Below are positions 55,563 through 64,000 of a stretch of 64,000 nucleotides of DNA, piece by piece. Position 1 is the first letter of the stretch, and every line of letters starts with the position of its first letter. The notes below the pieces were generated by a model. That model worked only from the letters and a program-made list of their open reading frames with translations, did not search any database and had not been told where the DNA came from. The stretch comes from Clostridia bacterium (lineage in GTDB: Bacteria > Bacillota > Clostridia > Oscillospirales > CAG-272), in assembly GCA_017456985.1 (NCBI GenBank), contig JAFTIH010000031.1:421-64420 (forward strand). The letters are read 5' to 3'. Both the position numbers and the translations under genes were made by a program.

Positions 55563-56321
55563 ATGAGAATTGACCGATATTTGGCAGAAAACGGACTTGC
55601 CGTCAGCCGTGCCAAGGCGCAGGAGATCTTAAAAAGCGGTGCGGTCACGGTGAACGGACGTGCGGTTTGTAAGCCATCCTTCGAGGTGGCAGACGGGGAC
55701 GAGATACAGCTTTTGCCCACCGACGTGACGCGATACGTCAGCCGCGGCGGACGAAAGCTCGAAGCGGCGCTCGACGCCTTCTCGCTCTCGCCGGAGGGAC
55801 TCGTGGCGCTCGACGTAGGCGCGTCCAGCGGCGGCTTTACGGACTGCCTTTTGCAAAGGGGCGCCGCCTTCGTTTACGCCGTGGACGCGGGGAGCGATCA
55901 GCTTCACCCCACACTGCGGGCAGACGCACGCGTCCTTTCGATGGAAAACCAAAACGCACGCGTGCTTTCTCCCGCTATGTTTGCCCGCATACCGCATTTT
56001 TGCGTGATGGACGTTTCCTTTATCTCGCAAACGCTGATTTTGCCCGCAATCCTTTCGGTAATGACGGAGGGCGGTACCCTCATCTCGCTCGTGAAACCGC
56101 AGTTTGAGCTGGGGCGCGCGGCGCTGAATAAGAGTGGCATCGTCCGAAGCGAGAAGGATGCAAAGCGGGCGCTTAACGAGGTTTGCGCGTTTGCCAAAAC
56201 GCTTGGCTACCGACTGCTCGGTACCATCCCGTCCCCCATTCGTGGCGGTGACGGCAATTTAGAATTTCTGGCGGCTTTTTCGGTGCCGTCTGTGGAGGAA
56301 AGGAGCAAAAACAATGGATAA
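55563..56321 (+). CDS. tlyA: TlyA-family rRNA 2'-O-methyltransferase
   Basis: S4 domain (RIDRYL...SR..A), then an FtsJ-like domain (DVGASSGGFTDCLLQ) and KPQFE. Confidence 0.9.
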   Translation: MRIDRYLAENGLAVSRAKAQEILKSGAVTVNGRAVCKPSFEVADGDEIQLLPTDVTRYVSRGGRKLEAALDAFSLSPEGLVALDVGASSGGFTDCLLQRGAAFVYAVDAGSDQLHPTLRADARVLSMENQNARVLSPAMFARIPHFCVMDVSFISQTLILPAILSVMTEGGTLISLVKPQFELGRAALNKSGIVRSEKDAKRALNEVCAFAKTLGYRLLGTIPSPIRGGDGNLEFLAAFSVPSVEERSKNNG

Positions 56322-57162
56322 GATCGTATTACTTCCCAATGCGGAAAAGGATGCGTCCTTTGCTTTGAGCTTAGCGACGATGGACGTTTTAAAAGAATTC
56401 TGCTCTAAAATATACACCGAAAACGAAAACAAAGAGCTGATTTCTGCGGGAGCGATTGGGTACGCGAGGGACGCGTTTCCCACCGACGCCCAGCTTCTTT
56501 TGGTGCTTGGCGGTGACGGCACGATGCTCCACGCCGCCTCTGTCGCCGTCGAGCACGATATTCCGATCCTCGGCGTCAACATCGGGCGCCTTGGATACCT
56601 CGCGGCGGTCGAGCCGAGCGAGCTTGACTCCTTAAAAAAGCTTGCGACCGATACATATGATGAGCAATCGCGTATGATGCTCAGCGTGACGGTGAGGACG
56701 AAGGATGGGGGCGAGCGTTTTCTTGCCAACGCCCTCAACGATATGGTCATCGACGGCGGCGGGCGCCTTTGCGACCTTCGCCTCTTTGAGCGAGACGGGT
56801 ATTTAGACTACCGTGCGGACGGCTTGATCGTATCCACCCCCACGGGCTCCACGGCATACTCGCTTTCTGCGGGAGGACCCGTCGTGGACGAAACGATGGA
56901 TGCACTGGGCGTGACGCCCGTTTGTCCGCGCTCCTTCTTTTCACGATCGCTCTTGTTTGGCGCGGATACCACGCTACGCATTCTCAATATGAGCGCGAGA
57001 GCAGACGTTCGGATTTCCATCGACGGCTGCACGGATGCCGCGCTTTCCTTGGGTGACGAGGTGATCGTTCGCCGCGCAGAGTGCCGTTTGCGCACGATCC
57101 TTCTTACACCGCGCAACCTCCTTGAGGTTTTGTCCACCAAAATGAACACACAGCATTTTTGA
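56314..57162 (+). CDS. nadK: NAD+ kinase
   Basis: GGDGTML, NIGRLGYL and STPTGSTAYSLSAGGP motifs. Confidence 0.93.
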   Translation: MDKIVLLPNAEKDASFALSLATMDVLKEFCSKIYTENENKELISAGAIGYARDAFPTDAQLLLVLGGDGTMLHAASVAVEHDIPILGVNIGRLGYLAAVEPSELDSLKKLATDTYDEQSRMMLSVTVRTKDGGERFLANALNDMVIDGGGRLCDLRLFERDGYLDYRADGLIVSTPTGSTAYSLSAGGPVVDETMDALGVTPVCPRSFFSRSLLFGADTTLRILNMSARADVRISIDGCTDAALSLGDEVIVRRAECRLRTILLTPRNLLEVLSTKMNTQHF

Positions 57163-57176
57163 TAGGAGTGGGGTTT

Positions 57177-57641
57177 ATGGTACTCAAAAAAGCACGCCAG
57201 GATAAAATTCTGGAGCTGATCCGCAGAAACGAGATCCAAACGCAAGAGGAAATGCTTCTTCGCTTGAAGGAATGCGGATACGAGGTGACGCAAGCCACCG
57301 TTTCGCGCGATATTCGCGAGCTTAATCTGATCAAAAGCATTTCGCCGCGCGGCGTCTATTGCTACGCGACGCCCCCAAAAAAGGAGAGCGCCTCTGCGCG
57401 CCTCGGCAACGTGGTGACGGATTCCGTGACGACGGTGGACGCGGCGGGGAACTTGGTCGTCGTCAAGACCTACCCGGGACTTGCTTCTGCCGTTGCTGCC
57501 TATATCGATTCGCAAAACCTTCCCGAGCTTCTCGGGACGATCGCAGGGGACGACGCTGTGTTCGTGGTCGTCCGTGACGCGTCGCGTGCCGCGGCGTTTT
57601 GCGAGAAGATCAGAGGAATGCTCCGCAAGGGAGAAAAATAA
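57177..57641 (+). CDS. argR: arginine repressor
   Basis: KARQDKILELI...TQATVSRDIREL winged HTH and a C-terminal GTIAGDD(A)VF core. ATG at 57177 follows a GGAGTGGGG SD. Confidence 0.92.
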   Translation: MVLKKARQDKILELIRRNEIQTQEEMLLRLKECGYEVTQATVSRDIRELNLIKSISPRGVYCYATPPKKESASARLGNVVTDSVTTVDAAGNLVVVKTYPGLASAVAAYIDSQNLPELLGTIAGDDAVFVVVRDASRAAAFCEKIRGMLRKGEK

Positions 57642-57677
57642 AACGGTCGGGTCAACCGAAAAAAGGAGGGAAGCGGA

Positions 57678-59366
57678 TTGCTTTCATCACTTCACATCGA
57701 GAATATGGCTGTCATTCGCTCCTTGAACGTAGATTTTGACGCGGGGTTTACCGTCATCACGGGTGAAACGGGTGCGGGTAAGAGCGTGATGATGGAGAGC
57801 CTTCATCTGCTTGGGGGCGGCAAAGCCGATCGCGAGCTGATCCGTCACGGCGAGGAAAAGGCAAGCGTCAGCGCGCTCTTCGCGGCGCTTTCTGCCGATA
57901 CGGTGACACAGCTTGCTTCTCTTGGCGTCGATACGGACGACGAAGGATGCCTTGAGCTCCAACGCATCGTTTCCATAGACGGAAAGAGCATCGCCCGCTT
58001 GAACGGCAGAACGGTGAGCCTTTCGCTGCTCAAAGAGGTCTTTCCGCTCTTGCTTCATATCCACAGCCAGGAGGACAGCGGCTTTTTGCGCCGCGAGGGA
58101 AGCGAGCTTACGGTGCTCGACACCGCGTCGCATAACGAATCTGACAGGGAAGCATACGGCGCTCTTTATCGCCGCCTGACGGAGATCAAGGGGGAGATTT
58201 CCCGCTTGCAAATGGACGAGAGCGAAAAGCTCCGCACCCTTGAGATGCTTCGCTATCAGCTTGATGAGATCGACGGCATCGCGCCCGAGGAGGGCGAGGA
58301 CGAGCGTCTTTTTGATGAAAAAATCAAATTAAAGCATTCGGAGAAGATTGCAAAGCAGACCTCCTTTGCCTATCGCGCCTTGCGCGGTGCGGAGAAGGGA
58401 AACGCGCTCTATATCATTGACCGCGCCTCTGCCGCGCTCCGCACGGTTGCCGACGTCTTACCCGAAGCAACCGCGCTTGCCGATTCGCTTGACGCAGAAT
58501 ACGAAACGCTTTACGACTTGGCAGAGCGGATCGCGTCTGCGGGTGATATGGGCGAGGGCGACCCCACCGAGCGGCTTGACGCGGTAGAAACGCGCTTGTC
58601 TGCCCTCGAAAAGCTTATGAGAAAATACGGCGGAAGTCTGCCGAGAGTTTTAGAATTCGCGAAGGATGCCCGTGAGCGCCTTTCGGTCATCGAGGGGGCG
58701 GATGCGCGCATCGCCGATTTGCAAAAGGAATACGACGCGCTGTACCTCACGGTATGCGAGGCGGCAGAGCGCTTGCACGAGAGCCGCGAGAAGACGGCGA
58801 AAATGTTTGAAGCAGAGATCGCCGCCCGCTTGCGCGAGCTCGATATGCCGCGCGCGGAGTTTTCCGTTCAGATCGAACGAAGACGCGACGGCGAGCGCTA
58901 TTTGCTCACGGAGCGCGGCTTTGACGAGGTGACCTTCCTTGCGGCGGTTAACGTCGGGGAGCCCTTTATCCCCATCGCACGCTCGGTTTCGGGCGGTGAG
59001 ATGGCGCGCATTATGCTTGCCATCAAGACGGTGATCGCCAAGCACGACGGCTTGCCCACCATCGTTTTCGACGAGGTGGATACGGGCGTTTCGGGAAAAA
59101 CCTCCCGTAAGATCGGCTTTTCCTTGTTAGCCTCTGCAAAAAGCGCCCAAGTCATTTCCATTACCCATTCCGCGCAGATCGCTTCGCTTGCGCACAGGCA
59201 TTTACTCGTATATAAGGAAGAGCGTGGCGGAAGAACGGAGTCCTCCGTCCGTCCGCTAACGGGAGAAGAGCGCGTGGGTGAGCTTGCGCGCATCCTTGGC
59301 GGAATTGCCGTGACGGAGGCGCAAAAGCAGGCGGCGCGCGATATGCTTTCTGGCAAGGATCTGTAA
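57678..59366 (+). CDS. recN: DNA repair protein RecN
   Basis: TTG start after GGAGGG. N-terminal ITGETGAGKS, a long coiled coil, SGGE signature and FDEVDTG Walker B. Confidence 0.94.
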   Translation: MLSSLHIENMAVIRSLNVDFDAGFTVITGETGAGKSVMMESLHLLGGGKADRELIRHGEEKASVSALFAALSADTVTQLASLGVDTDDEGCLELQRIVSIDGKSIARLNGRTVSLSLLKEVFPLLLHIHSQEDSGFLRREGSELTVLDTASHNESDREAYGALYRRLTEIKGEISRLQMDESEKLRTLEMLRYQLDEIDGIAPEEGEDERLFDEKIKLKHSEKIAKQTSFAYRALRGAEKGNALYIIDRASAALRTVADVLPEATALADSLDAEYETLYDLAERIASAGDMGEGDPTERLDAVETRLSALEKLMRKYGGSLPRVLEFAKDARERLSVIEGADARIADLQKEYDALYLTVCEAAERLHESREKTAKMFEAEIAARLRELDMPRAEFSVQIERRRDGERYLLTERGFDEVTFLAAVNVGEPFIPIARSVSGGEMARIMLAIKTVIAKHDGLPTIVFDEVDTGVSGKTSRKIGFSLLASAKSAQVISITHSAQIASLAHRHLLVYKEERGGRTESSVRPLTGEERVGELARILGGIAVTEAQKQAARDMLSGKDL

Positions 59367-59426
59367 CGAAAGCCGTCTAAAATGCATATACTTTCCGTAT
59401 CAGCATTTTCCTTGTGAGGTGTGAGT

Positions 59427-60344
59427 ATGGAAAAAAGCCTGCGTGAATTTTGCTTAAAGGAGCGCGTTCCCGCGCTTTGGAACGCTTCTCTTTCCGACTA
59501 TACGTCTTTTCATATCGGCGGCGCGGCGGATGCCTTTTTGCTTCCCGAAACGGAAGCGGCGTTTGTAAAGCTGCTTGCCTTTTTGAATGCGTCGGGGCGT
59601 GCGTTCCGTGTGATCGGGAACGGCACGAATCTGCTCTTTTCCGATCGGGGCGTTCGCGGCGTTATCGTTTCTACGCGCCATATGCGCGGCGTTACGGTGC
59701 GCGGGCGATGTGCCCGAGCGTCTGCGGGACTGCCCTTAAACGTTTTGTGCTGCGCGCTGGCGGAAGCGTCGCTTGGCGGTATGGAATGCCTGTATGGGAT
59801 CCCGGGGACGGTGGGCGGCGCACTCGTGATGAACGCGGGCGCCTATGGGGCGGCAATTTCGGACACTCTTTCCTACGTTTCTCTGTATGACCGTGAAGAG
59901 AGGGCTGTAATCTCGCTACCCAAAAAGGAGCTTTCCTTTTCGTATCGCAAAAGTCTTTTGCAAAGGGAGCGGCGCTATACCGTTCTTTCGGCGGAGTTTT
60001 CTTTGGAAAGCAAAAATTCCGAAGCGATCCGCGGTGAAATGAAGCGCGTGCTTTCGCGGCGAATGGAAACCCAGCCCACCACCCTTCCGAGTGCGGGAAG
60101 CGCCTTTCTGCGACCCGAGCGGGGCTATGCCGCCGAGTGGATCGAGCAAGCGGGGCTTTTGGGCGCACGGGTCGGCGGTGCCGCCGTTTCCGTCAAGCAC
60201 GCGGGGTTTATCGTCAATCTCGGCGGTGCTACGGCAGAGGACGTCCGCACCTTGATTGCGCAAATTCAAAACGAGGTCGAGCGGCGCTTTGGCGTATTGC
60301 TCGTTCCCGAGATCGAATACATTGATGAGGAAATCACGGTATGA
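59427..60344 (+). CDS. murB: UDP-N-acetylenolpyruvoylglucosamine reductase
   Basis: FHIGG.A, GNGTNLL, GIPGTVGGA and PSAGS.F motifs. Confidence 0.92.
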   Translation: MEKSLREFCLKERVPALWNASLSDYTSFHIGGAADAFLLPETEAAFVKLLAFLNASGRAFRVIGNGTNLLFSDRGVRGVIVSTRHMRGVTVRGRCARASAGLPLNVLCCALAEASLGGMECLYGIPGTVGGALVMNAGAYGAAISDTLSYVSLYDREERAVISLPKKELSFSYRKSLLQRERRYTVLSAEFSLESKNSEAIRGEMKRVLSRRMETQPTTLPSAGSAFLRPERGYAAEWIEQAGLLGARVGGAAVSVKHAGFIVNLGGATAEDVRTLIAQIQNEVERRFGVLLVPEIEYIDEEITV

Positions 60345-61240
60345 GCTTTCTTGACACAATCAAAAGCGAAATGATAGAAAACGCGTCGCGCACGCCGTGC
60401 TGTCGACGAACGCTTTTGCTTGGTATGCTTTCTGCGCGCGGTACGCTGGAAGACGGCGACGTCCTGACGCTTCGCTTGCCGCACGAGGGCGCGGCTTCGT
60501 TTGCTAAGACCCTGATCAAGGAACAGTTCGGGCGACAGGCGGAGCGCGTGCCGATGCAAAACGGCGGCAGACAACACCTGCTCACCTTTCAAAGCGTTTC
60601 TGCCGCGAGATTTCTTAAAGATTTAGAAGAAAAGTTTTTGTCCTCGCCGCTTTCCAAGCCGTGTGCACACTGTGCGTCGGCGTATTTGGTCGGGCTTTTT
60701 CTTGCGGCGGGGCGCATTACCGACCCTCAAAAGGCGTATCACCTTGAGCTTTCGCTTGGGGAGCGCGCCGCGGCGTTTATCCCGTTTTTATCCGCGGAAT
60801 ACGGATTTGTTCCGCGCCTAGCAAAAAGAAAAAACGAAACGCTTCTTTACGTTAAAAACTCCTCGGCGATCGAGGAAATTATGACTTGGCTGGGCATCAA
60901 CGATGCGGCGTTCCTGTTTATGAATTGCAAGATCGAAAAGGAATTCCGTAACGAAGCCAACCGCAGAACGAATTGCGAGGCAGGGAATATTACCCGCTCC
61001 GTCAATGCGGCGGCAAGGGTTCTTGCGGTGCTCAGACGCTTAGATGCCGCAGGACGGCTCTCCTCGCTCCCCGAGGAGCTGGAGGCGATCGCCCGACTGC
61101 GGTTAGAAAATCCCGAAGCAAGCCTTACACAGCTTGCGGCGATGACCTCGCCCCCCCTTACAAAATCGGGCGTGCATCATCGCTTACAAAAGGTGATCGA
61201 GCTGTCCGAGCGGCTTTTTGGCGGCTCGGACCAAGAATAA
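60341..61240 (+). CDS. whiA: DNA-binding sporulation/cell-division regulator WhiA
   Basis: MSF....K.E, degenerate LAGLIDADG-type repeats and a C-terminal HTH (LTQLAAMTSPPLTKSGVHHRLQKV). The start overlaps the murB stop. Confidence 0.9.
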   Translation: MSFLDTIKSEMIENASRTPCCRRTLLLGMLSARGTLEDGDVLTLRLPHEGAASFAKTLIKEQFGRQAERVPMQNGGRQHLLTFQSVSAARFLKDLEEKFLSSPLSKPCAHCASAYLVGLFLAAGRITDPQKAYHLELSLGERAAAFIPFLSAEYGFVPRLAKRKNETLLYVKNSSAIEEIMTWLGINDAAFLFMNCKIEKEFRNEANRRTNCEAGNITRSVNAAARVLAVLRRLDAAGRLSSLPEELEAIARLRLENPEASLTQLAAMTSPPLTKSGVHHRLQKVIELSERLFGGSDQE

Positions 61241-61271
61241 AGGACAAGCACGAAAGAAAGGAGTGATCAGG

Positions 61272-64000
61272 ATGGGGCGCTTTGCGCATTTACACGTCCA
61301 TAGTGAATATAGCTTGCTTGACGGCGCGTGCCGCATCTCGGACCTTCCCAAGGCGGCGAAGGCGGCGGGGCATACGGCACTTGCCCTGACGGATCACGGT
61401 GTGCTTTACGGTGCCGTCCGCTTTTATAAGGCGTGCATCAAGGAGGGCGTTAAGCCCATCATCGGATGCGAGGTCTACGTGGCGCGCCGCACGCGTCACG
61501 ATAAGGAGGGGAAGCGCGACAGCTCGGGCTACCACCTCGTCCTTCTCGTCAAAAACGAAGAGGGATATCGCAATCTCATCCACATGGTCTCTCTCGGCTT
61601 TACCGAGGGCTTTTATTCGCGCCCCCGTATCGATATGGAGCTTTTGCGCGCTCACAGCGCGGGTCTTATCGCCCTTTCCGGGTGTGTTGCGGGAGAAATT
61701 CCGCAAAGGATCCTCGACGGTGACCTTGTGGGCGCAAAGGAAACGGCTTTGCTCATGCAGAGCATCTTTGAGCCCGACAGCTTCTATCTTGAAATCCAGG
61801 ATCACGGCATCGAGGAAGAAAAAACGGTGCGCGACGCCATCCGAGAGCTCTCGCGCGAAACGGGCATTCCGATGGTGGCGACGAACGACGTGCATTATAT
61901 TTCCCGCGCCGATGCGGATATGCAAGCCGTCTTGATGTGTATTCAAACGGGAAACGTGCTCTCGGACGGGCGTCCGCTCGGCTTTGAGCGCGACGAGTTC
62001 TACTTTAAAAGCACCGACCAGATGGAGCGGCTTTTTGCCGACTACGAGGGCGCCGTTGCCAACACAGCGCGCATCGAGCAGATGTGCTCCTTTGATTTTG
62101 ATTTCGGACATTTTAAGCTTCCCGTTTTCCCTTTGGAGGGAACGACGCCTCGCGAGGAGCTTTCCCGCCTTGCCTTCGAGGGCTATTCCCGTTTTTTGAA
62201 GGAAGGAAAGCTTGACCTTTCTCGTCACACGAAGGAAATGTACCTTGAGCGGATGAACTACGAGCTCTCCGTCATTCACGAAATGGGCTTTGATGAGTAT
62301 TTTCTCATCGTGCGCGACTTCGTGGGATACGCCAAGGAGCACGATATCCCCGTCGGACCCGGGCGTGGCTCGGGTGCGGGTAGCCTCGTGGCGTATTTCG
62401 TGGGCATCACGGACGTGGATTCCCTAAAATACGATCTGCTGTTCGAGCGCTTTCTTAACCCCGAGCGCATTTCGATGCCCGATTTTGATATTGACTTCTG
62501 TTATAGCCGCCGCGACGAGGTGATCGAATACGTGAAGCGCCGCTACGGTGAGGACCACGTGGCGCAGATCGTTACCTTCGGTACGCTTGCCGCACGCGCC
62601 GCCGTGCGCGACGTCGGCAGGGTTCTCGGGATGGCATACCGTGACGTGGATGAGATTGCGAAATCCATTCCGCACGAGCTGGGTATCACCATAAAGCAAG
62701 CCCTTGAAAACAAGGATCTGCGCGCAAAATACGAGGCGTCCGACGAGGTGCGCCGTCTTCTCGATATCTCGATGGCGATCGAAGGGATGCCGCGCCACGC
62801 CTCGACCCACGCGGCGGGCGTTGTGATCACCGAGCATCCCGTTTCCCATTACGTTCCGCTTGCCGTAAACGGCGAGAGCATCGTGACGGAATACGATATG
62901 GATGCCGTCAGTGAGCTCGGGCTTGTCAAGTTCGATTTTCTCGGCTTGCGGTATCTTACGATCTTAAAGGATGCGGAAACGCAGATCAAGGAAACGGACC
63001 CCTCCTTTTCGCTGGATGCAATACCCGTGGACGATGCGGCGACCTACCGTATGCTCGCCGACGGCGATACGGCAGGCGTGTTTCAGTTAGAGTCGGGCGG
63101 TATGCGGCAGATGCTGATGCAGCTAGTCCCGTCCTCGCTTGAGGAGATCACGGCGGCGATCGCTTTGTACCGCCCGGGACCGATGGAATCCATCCCCACC
63201 TTTATCGCGCGCAAATTCGGTAAGGAGCAGGTCACGTACGACCTGCCGCAGATGAAGGAGATCCTTTCCGTCACCTATGGCTGTATCGTTTATCAAGAGC
63301 AGGTCATGCAGATCTTCCGTGCCCTTGCAGGGTATTCGCTTGCCAGAGCCGACCTCGTTCGCCGTGCGATGTCCAAGAAAAAGGCGGACGTCTTGGAAGC
63401 AGAGCGCGAGCGTTTCCTCTCGGGTGCTGCGGAAAACGGGATCGACCGCGCGCTTGCGGGCAAGATCTTTGACGAAATGGCGTCCTTCGCCAATTACGCC
63501 TTCAACAAGAGCCACGCGACGGCGTACGCGATCACGACCTACCGCACCGCGTATTTGAAAAAGCATTATCCTGCGGCGTATTTCAGCGCGCTGCTGACCT
63601 CCGTTTTCGGCTCCCCCACCAAGGTGGCGGAGTATATCGTGCAGGCGCAAAAGCGCGGGGTGCGCGTTTTGCCGCCCGACGTCAATGAAAGCCGCGTTTA
63701 TTTCCACGTGGTCGGGAAGGACGTGCGTTTTGGACTTTTGGCGCTCAAAAACGTGGGCGTCCGCTTCGTGGAGCAACTGATCGAGGAGCGGGAGCAAAAG
63801 GGGCGCTATCGCAGCTTTTCCGACTTTCTCTCCCGTATGGCGGACGGCGAGCTTGGCAAGCGCCAGGTGGAAGCCCTCATCAAGAGCGGCGCGTTTGACT
63901 CCTTCGGCGTTTATCGCAGTCAGCTCCTTTCGGTGTATGAGGAGGAGATCGACGTGCTTCTCGGCAAGCGTCGAAGCAATCTGGCAGGACAGCTTGATAT
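61272..64000 (+). CDS. dnaE: DNA polymerase III alpha subunit DnaE (5' partial, runs off the window)
   Basis: My own translation from the ATG at 61272 (AGGAG SD) stays open to 64000. It reads MGRFAHLHVHSEYSLLDG (PHP), GPGRGSGAGSLV, PDFDIDF, FQLES, YRPGP and NKSHA. The gene is absent from the ORF track because no stop falls within the window. Confidence 0.93.
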   Translation, partial: MGRFAHLHVHSEYSLLDGACRISDLPKAAKAAGHTALALTDHGVLYGAVRFYKACIKEGVKPIIGCEVYVARRTRHDKEGKRDSSGYHLVLLVKNEEGYRNLIHMVSLGFTEGFYSRPRIDMELLRAHSAGLIALSGCVAGEIPQRILDGDLVGAKETALLMQSIFEPDSFYLEIQDHGIEEEKTVRDAIRELSRETGIPMVATNDVHYISRADADMQAVLMCIQTGNVLSDGRPLGFERDEFYFKSTDQMERLFADYEGAVANTARIEQMCSFDFDFGHFKLPVFPLEGTTPREELSRLAFEGYSRFLKEGKLDLSRHTKEMYLERMNYELSVIHEMGFDEYFLIVRDFVGYAKEHDIPVGPGRGSGAGSLVAYFVGITDVDSLKYDLLFERFLNPERISMPDFDIDFCYSRRDEVIEYVKRRYGEDHVAQIVTFGTLAARAAVRDVGRVLGMAYRDVDEIAKSIPHELGITIKQALENKDLRAKYEASDEVRRLLDISMAIEGMPRHASTHAAGVVITEHPVSHYVPLAVNGESIVTEYDMDAVSELGLVKFDFLGLRYLTILKDAETQIKETDPSFSLDAIPVDDAATYRMLADGDTAGVFQLESGGMRQMLMQLVPSSLEEITAAIALYRPGPMESIPTFIARKFGKEQVTYDLPQMKEILSVTYGCIVYQEQVMQIFRALAGYSLARADLVRRAMSKKKADVLEAERERFLSGAAENGIDRALAGKIFDEMASFANYAFNKSHATAYAITTYRTAYLKKHYPAAYFSALLTSVFGSPTKVAEYIVQAQKRGVRVLPPDVNESRVYFHVVGKDVRFGLLALKNVGVRFVEQLIEEREQKGRYRSFSDFLSRMADGELGKRQVEALIKSGAFDSFGVYRSQLLSVYEEEIDVLLGKRRSNLAGQLD

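Noticed and set aside
61290-63797. Minus-strand ORFs 61290-62342, 62424-62849 and 63123-63797
   Set aside because: All three are antisense shadows of the open-ended dnaE frame.
1-64000. CRISPR arrays, IS elements or transposases, integrases, reverse transcriptase (retron or DGR), toxin-antitoxin pairs, and restriction or other known defence genes
   Set aside because: None of the credible ORFs carries the corresponding motifs. The only repeat structures seen are the decamer comb at 2579-2775 and the intragenic repeats in the G3E and Cys-rich genes.

Overview
The window is a 64-kb chromosomal segment that looks like the core genome of a moderately high-GC, spore-forming Clostridia-type Firmicute. 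This is inferred from gene content and order (tig-clpP-clpX, holB-ricT, lepB-rbgA-rnhB-yraN, nusB...xseAB-ispA-tlyA-nadK-argR-recN, murB-whiA-dnaE), from strong GGAGG Shine-Dalgarno sites and from canonical TTGACA-17-TATAAT promoters. I call about 62 protein-coding genes, 2 tRNAs (Leu-CAA, Ser-GGA), one nonsense-interrupted AraC regulator, and a set of promoters and intrinsic terminators. I found no CRISPR array, transposase, integrase, reverse transcriptase or prophage module.

The ORF track has two weaknesses. It misses the last gene, dnaE (61272 to the window end), because that frame is open-ended. It also contains many long antisense shadow ORFs of up to 512 aa, which I reject.

The items most worth follow-up are:
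1. A comb of six GRTTCCATRC decamers (3 forward, 3 inverted) interleaved with eight GC mini-hairpins, just 3' of tRNA-Leu.
2. A two-gene G3E/COG0523 metallochaperone module. The first protein has a 96-residue insert that is about half histidine, with three CDDPxCSCH repeats. The second is a degenerate G3E domain fused to a DUF1980-like CCxxD domain.
3. A 135-aa mini P-loop protein followed by a 289-aa protein with 24 cysteines and a CGC-repeat core.
4. A ribbon-helix-helix protein apparently co-transcribed with clpB, with no CtsR or CIRCE operator visible.
5. A TsaD/Kae1 paralog sitting where folD sits in the Bacillus nusB-xseA operon.
6. A TSUP (TauE/SafE) transporter encoded as two separate half-size genes.

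All functional calls come from reading motifs in the translated ORFs by eye. No database search was run.
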